Source: Escherichia coli (GTDB lineage Bacteria; Pseudomonadota; Gammaproteobacteria; Enterobacterales; Enterobacteriaceae). From it: a stretch of DNA of 64,000 nt. The stretch lies in the NCBI RefSeq assembly GCF_050920415.1, contig NZ_CP169309.1. One strand, given 5' to 3'. A program made the translations under genes and the position numbers. Within the stretch, counting starts at the first letter, position 1; each line of letters starts with the position of its first letter. The notes below the pieces were generated by a model that did not search any database, had not been told where the DNA came from, and was given only the letters and a program-made list of their open reading frames with translations. Positions 61,100 to 64,000 of the stretch are shown here, one piece after another.

Positions 61100-62353
61100 T
61101 CAGGCAAACGCGCTTCCTGGTCCTGCTTTCCAGTGGGCAAACAACTCCGGCTTCTCTTTTGACAGCCTTTCCATTAGCTGACACGCCTTCGTCTTTCTAT
61201 ACCGCAGGGTTTTATATTTCTTTCTCGCCCACGCAATCAGCGTCAGATTAATATATCTGCATACTTTCTTCATCGCTGATTTGTGGTATCTCGCGTAATA
61301 ATTCAGCCACCCCGATATTATCGGATTCAGCCACTTCGCAATATCTTCGAGACTCATCTCCACCCTGCGTCTGATCCACAGTTTCCTGAGTTTTCCAATC
61401 ATGCCTTTCTGCGCACGGTTACTCGCCGCCGGGCTGAAACTCGTAAAGAGGTTTCCCCGCCGGTGGTTACGTGCTCTTCGCGCTCTGAACGTATACCCCA
61501 GAAAATCAAACTGCACTGTTTCATGGTTCGCCTGTCGTTCGCTGTCTTTGCAGTAAACTACTTTCGTTTTCTCCGGATGTAATTCCAGTCCACATTCCTG
61601 AAAACGTTTTGCCAGCTTATTCAGTAATTCCTCTGCCTGTTGTTTACTGCCACAATGAATTAATCCATCATCTGCATAACGGCACCAGGGAATTTCCGGA
61701 TAATGTAACGTCAGCCATTTATCAAACACATAGTGCAGAAATAAATTCGCCAGTACCGGGCTGATGACTCCACCCTGTGGCGTACCTTTATTTCTTTCCT
61801 TCAGTGTTCCATCCGGCATCTGCACCGGCGCTGTCAGCCACCGGCGAATAGACAGTCTTACCCATTTATCCGCACAATGTTTATCTACTGCCCTGAGTAA
61901 TAAATCGTGGGAGATATTATCGAATAACCCTTTAATATCAAACTCAAGACACCAGTCGTATTGCCAGCAACGTTTTCTGGTGACTGCTATTGCATCCAGC
62001 GCTGATTTTCCATGCCGGTATCCGTATGAATCATTCAGGAAATAACGCTCCACTAATGGTTCAAACGTTACCAGCACCGTCATCTGCGCTATTCGATCGC
62101 TTACTGTCGGTATTCCTAAAAGTCTTTTGCTGCCATCCTTCTTCGGAATTTCCACCGCACGCACTGGCGGCGGCATCCAGCTTCCCGACGATAACCTGTT
62201 CCAGATTTTGTACAGATTTCCTTTCAGATCCCGCTCAAAATCTTTCAGCGTCTGGTTATCCACTCCGGCAGCTCCGGCATTCGCCTTTATCCGCCGGTAC
62301 GCTTCCACCACATGCAATTTACTGACCTGAAACGGTTTTGTCTGTTCACACAC
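61100..62353 (-). CDS. Group II intron-encoded reverse transcriptase/maturase
   Basis: 417 aa; RT blocks (PVRAVEIPKKDGSKRLLGIPTVSDRIAQ, GTPQGGVISPVLANLFL, YADD) and maturase X domain (ISGWLNYYARY); GTG start with AGGAGGAGG RBS. Confidence 0.8.
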   Translation of the reverse strand: MCEQTKPFQVSKLHVVEAYRRIKANAGAAGVDNQTLKDFERDLKGNLYKIWNRLSSGSWMPPPVRAVEIPKKDGSKRLLGIPTVSDRIAQMTVLVTFEPLVERYFLNDSYGYRHGKSALDAIAVTRKRCWQYDWCLEFDIKGLFDNISHDLLLRAVDKHCADKWVRLSIRRWLTAPVQMPDGTLKERNKGTPQGGVISPVLANLFLHYVFDKWLTLHYPEIPWCRYADDGLIHCGSKQQAEELLNKLAKRFQECGLELHPEKTKVVYCKDSERQANHETVQFDFLGYTFRARRARNHRRGNLFTSFSPAASNRAQKGMIGKLRKLWIRRRVEMSLEDIAKWLNPIISGWLNYYARYHKSAMKKVCRYINLTLIAWARKKYKTLRYRKTKACQLMERLSKEKPELFAHWKAGPGSAFA

Positions 62354-62481
62354 AGCCTCCTCCTGCCTACAGTTGGGCTGTGATGCAGACTAGACTGGCC
62401 CCCTGAATCTCCAGACAACCAGTATCACTTAAATAAGTGATAGTCTTAATACTAGTTTTTAGACTAGTCATTGGAGAACAG

Positions 62482-62847
62482 ATGATTGATGTCTTAGGGC
62501 CGGAGAAACGCAGACGGCGTACCACACAGGAAAAGATCGCAATTGTTCAGCAGAGCTTTGAACCGGGGATGACGGTCTCCCTCGTTGCCCGGCAACATGG
62601 TGTAGCAGCCAGCCAGTTATTTCTCTGGCGTAAGCAATACCAGGAAGGAAGTCTTACTGCTGTCGCCGCCGGAGAACAGGTTGTTCCTGCCTCTGAACTT
62701 GCTGCCGCCATGAAGCAGATTAAAGAACTCCAGCGCCTGCTCGGCAAGAAAACGATGGAAAATGAACTCCTCAAAGAAGCCGTTGAATATGGACGGGCAA
62801 AAAAGTGGATAGCGCACGCGCCCTTATTGCCCGGGGATGGGGAGTAA
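62482..62847 (+). CDS. insC: IS2 OrfA (InsC) HTH protein
   Basis: [53 protein letters not shown]... Confidence 0.9.
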
Positions 62848-63710
62848 GCTTAGTCAGCCGTTGTCTCCGGGTGTCGCGTGCGCAGTTGCACGTCATTCTC
62901 AGACGAACCGATGACTGGATGGATGGCCGCCGCAGTCGTCACACTGATGATACGGATGTGCTTCTCCGTATACACCATGTTATCGGAGAGCTGCCCACGT
63001 ATGGTTATCGTCGGGTATGGGCGCTGCTTCGCAGACAGGCAGAACTTGATGGTATGCCTGCAATCAATGCCAAACGTGTTTACCGGATCATGCGCCAGAA
63101 TGCGCTGTTGCTTGAGCGAAAACCTGCTGTACCGCCATCGAAACGGGCACATACAGGCAGAGTGGCCGTGAAAGAAAGCAATCAGCGATGGTGCTCTGAC
63201 GGGTTCGAGTTCTGCTGTGATAACGGAGAGAGACTGCGTGTCACGTTCGCGCTGGACTGCTGTGATCGTGAGGCACTGCACTGGGCGGTGACTACTGGCG
63301 GCTTCAACAGTGAAACAGTACAGGACGTCATGCTGGGAGCGGTGGAACGCCGCTTCGGCAACGATCTTCCGTCGTCTCCAGTGGAGTGGCTGACGGATAA
63401 TGGTTCATGCTACCGGGCTAATGAAACACGCCAGTTCGCCCGGATGTTGGGACTTGAACCGAAGAACACGGCGGTGCGGAGTCCGGAGAGTAACGGAATA
63501 GCAGAGAGCTTCGTGAAAACGATAAAGCGTGACTACATCAGTATCATGCCCAAACCAGACGGGTTAACGGCAGCAAAGAACCTTGCAGAGGCGTTCGAGC
63601 ATTATAACGAATGGCATCCGCATAGTGCGCTGGGTTATCGCTCGCCACGGGAATATCTGCGGCAGCGGGCTTGTAATGGGTTAAGTGATAACAGATGTCT
63701 GGAAATATAG
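62805..63710 (+). CDS. insD: IS2 OrfB (InsD) DDE transposase domain, normally expressed by -1 frameshift from insC
   Basis: 301-aa integrase-core ORF overlapping insC in the -1 frame. Confidence 0.9.
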
Positions 63711-64000
63711 GGGCAAATCCACAGACTGCCCGACGCTGTCCCTTCGCTCCACGTTCATTACAAACGCTTCCTCACTACTACGAACAGCTCTGCCCCGGTT
63801 TCGCACATCGATACTCTCATACTCATAATTTCGGTTATTTGTATTTCTCTCTTGAAATTGCGACGACCGGTTCCCGTAGTTCCTGCAAAGAGCCTGATAC
63901 AGCGTCATGCCTGCTATACACCGGACACCATTCACGCAGCATTCGGAATTCACCCGTAAATTAATCCCGGCGGTATCACGAAACCTCCGGTTTTGATGTC

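Larger units (their letters stand above)
62391..63721 (+). mobile_element. IS2 (IS3 family), apparently intact, 1331 bp
   Basis: Termini TAGACTGGCCCCCTGAATCTCCAGACAACC... and ...GGAAATATAGGGGCAAATCCA as I remember IS2; 5-bp direct repeat CAGAC at 62386-62390 and 63722-63726. Confidence 0.9.
61028..64000 (-). mobile_element. Group II intron (ORF-containing, endonuclease-less), interrupted by IS2; 5' end beyond the window
   Basis: RT/maturase ORF immediately followed on the minus strand by a canonical domain V (GAGCCGTATGAAGCGAGAGTTTCACGTACGGTTC, 61064-61097) and a domain-VI-like hairpin; only 37 nt separate the ORF start from IS2, so domains I-III lie beyond IS2 and the window edge. 3' boundary approximate. 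Confidence 0.6.

Noticed and set aside
63727-63812. CGCAC on the plus strand (GUGCG on the minus strand) at about 63808 as the group II intron 5' end
   Set aside because: That would leave only about 120 nt for intron domains I-III, far too short; the true 5' end most likely lies beyond the window.

Overview
This window is an Escherichia coli chromosomal segment matching the K-12 gpmA–ybfD region in inverted orientation, with three non-K-12 insertions. The conserved backbone is gpmA, aroG, ybgS, zitB, pnuC, nadA, the seven-gene lysT tRNA operon, tol-pal-cpoB, ybgE, cydABX, sdhCDAB-sucABCD, gltA, the ybgDQPO fimbrial operon, abrB, nei, pxpBCA, ybgI, dtpD, phr and ybgA. (1) About 15 kb between the cydA promoter region and the sucD terminator (16.2–32.0 kb) sits where K-12 carries mngR-mngA-mngB. 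It encodes a coenzyme-B12-dependent glutamate mutase / methylaspartate ammonia-lyase / class-I fumarase (mesaconase-type) pathway, plus a DAACS transporter, a second cob(I)alamin adenosyltransferase, a LysR regulator, an orphan RtcB-like RNA ligase, a DUF1446/DUF4387-like pair and two AT-rich ORFs I cannot assign. To my recollection the core catabolic pathway has been described in E. coli O157:H7, so the least-described parts are those last three modules. (2) An IS21-family element with frameshifted istA/istB splits the fimbrial usher gene, flanked by a 5-bp duplication. (3) At the right edge there is a truncated H-repeat (ISAs1-like) gene and a group II intron whose 5' region is interrupted by an intact IS2. 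All calls rest on reading the sequence and the supplied ORF translations against remembered protein families; no database search was run.
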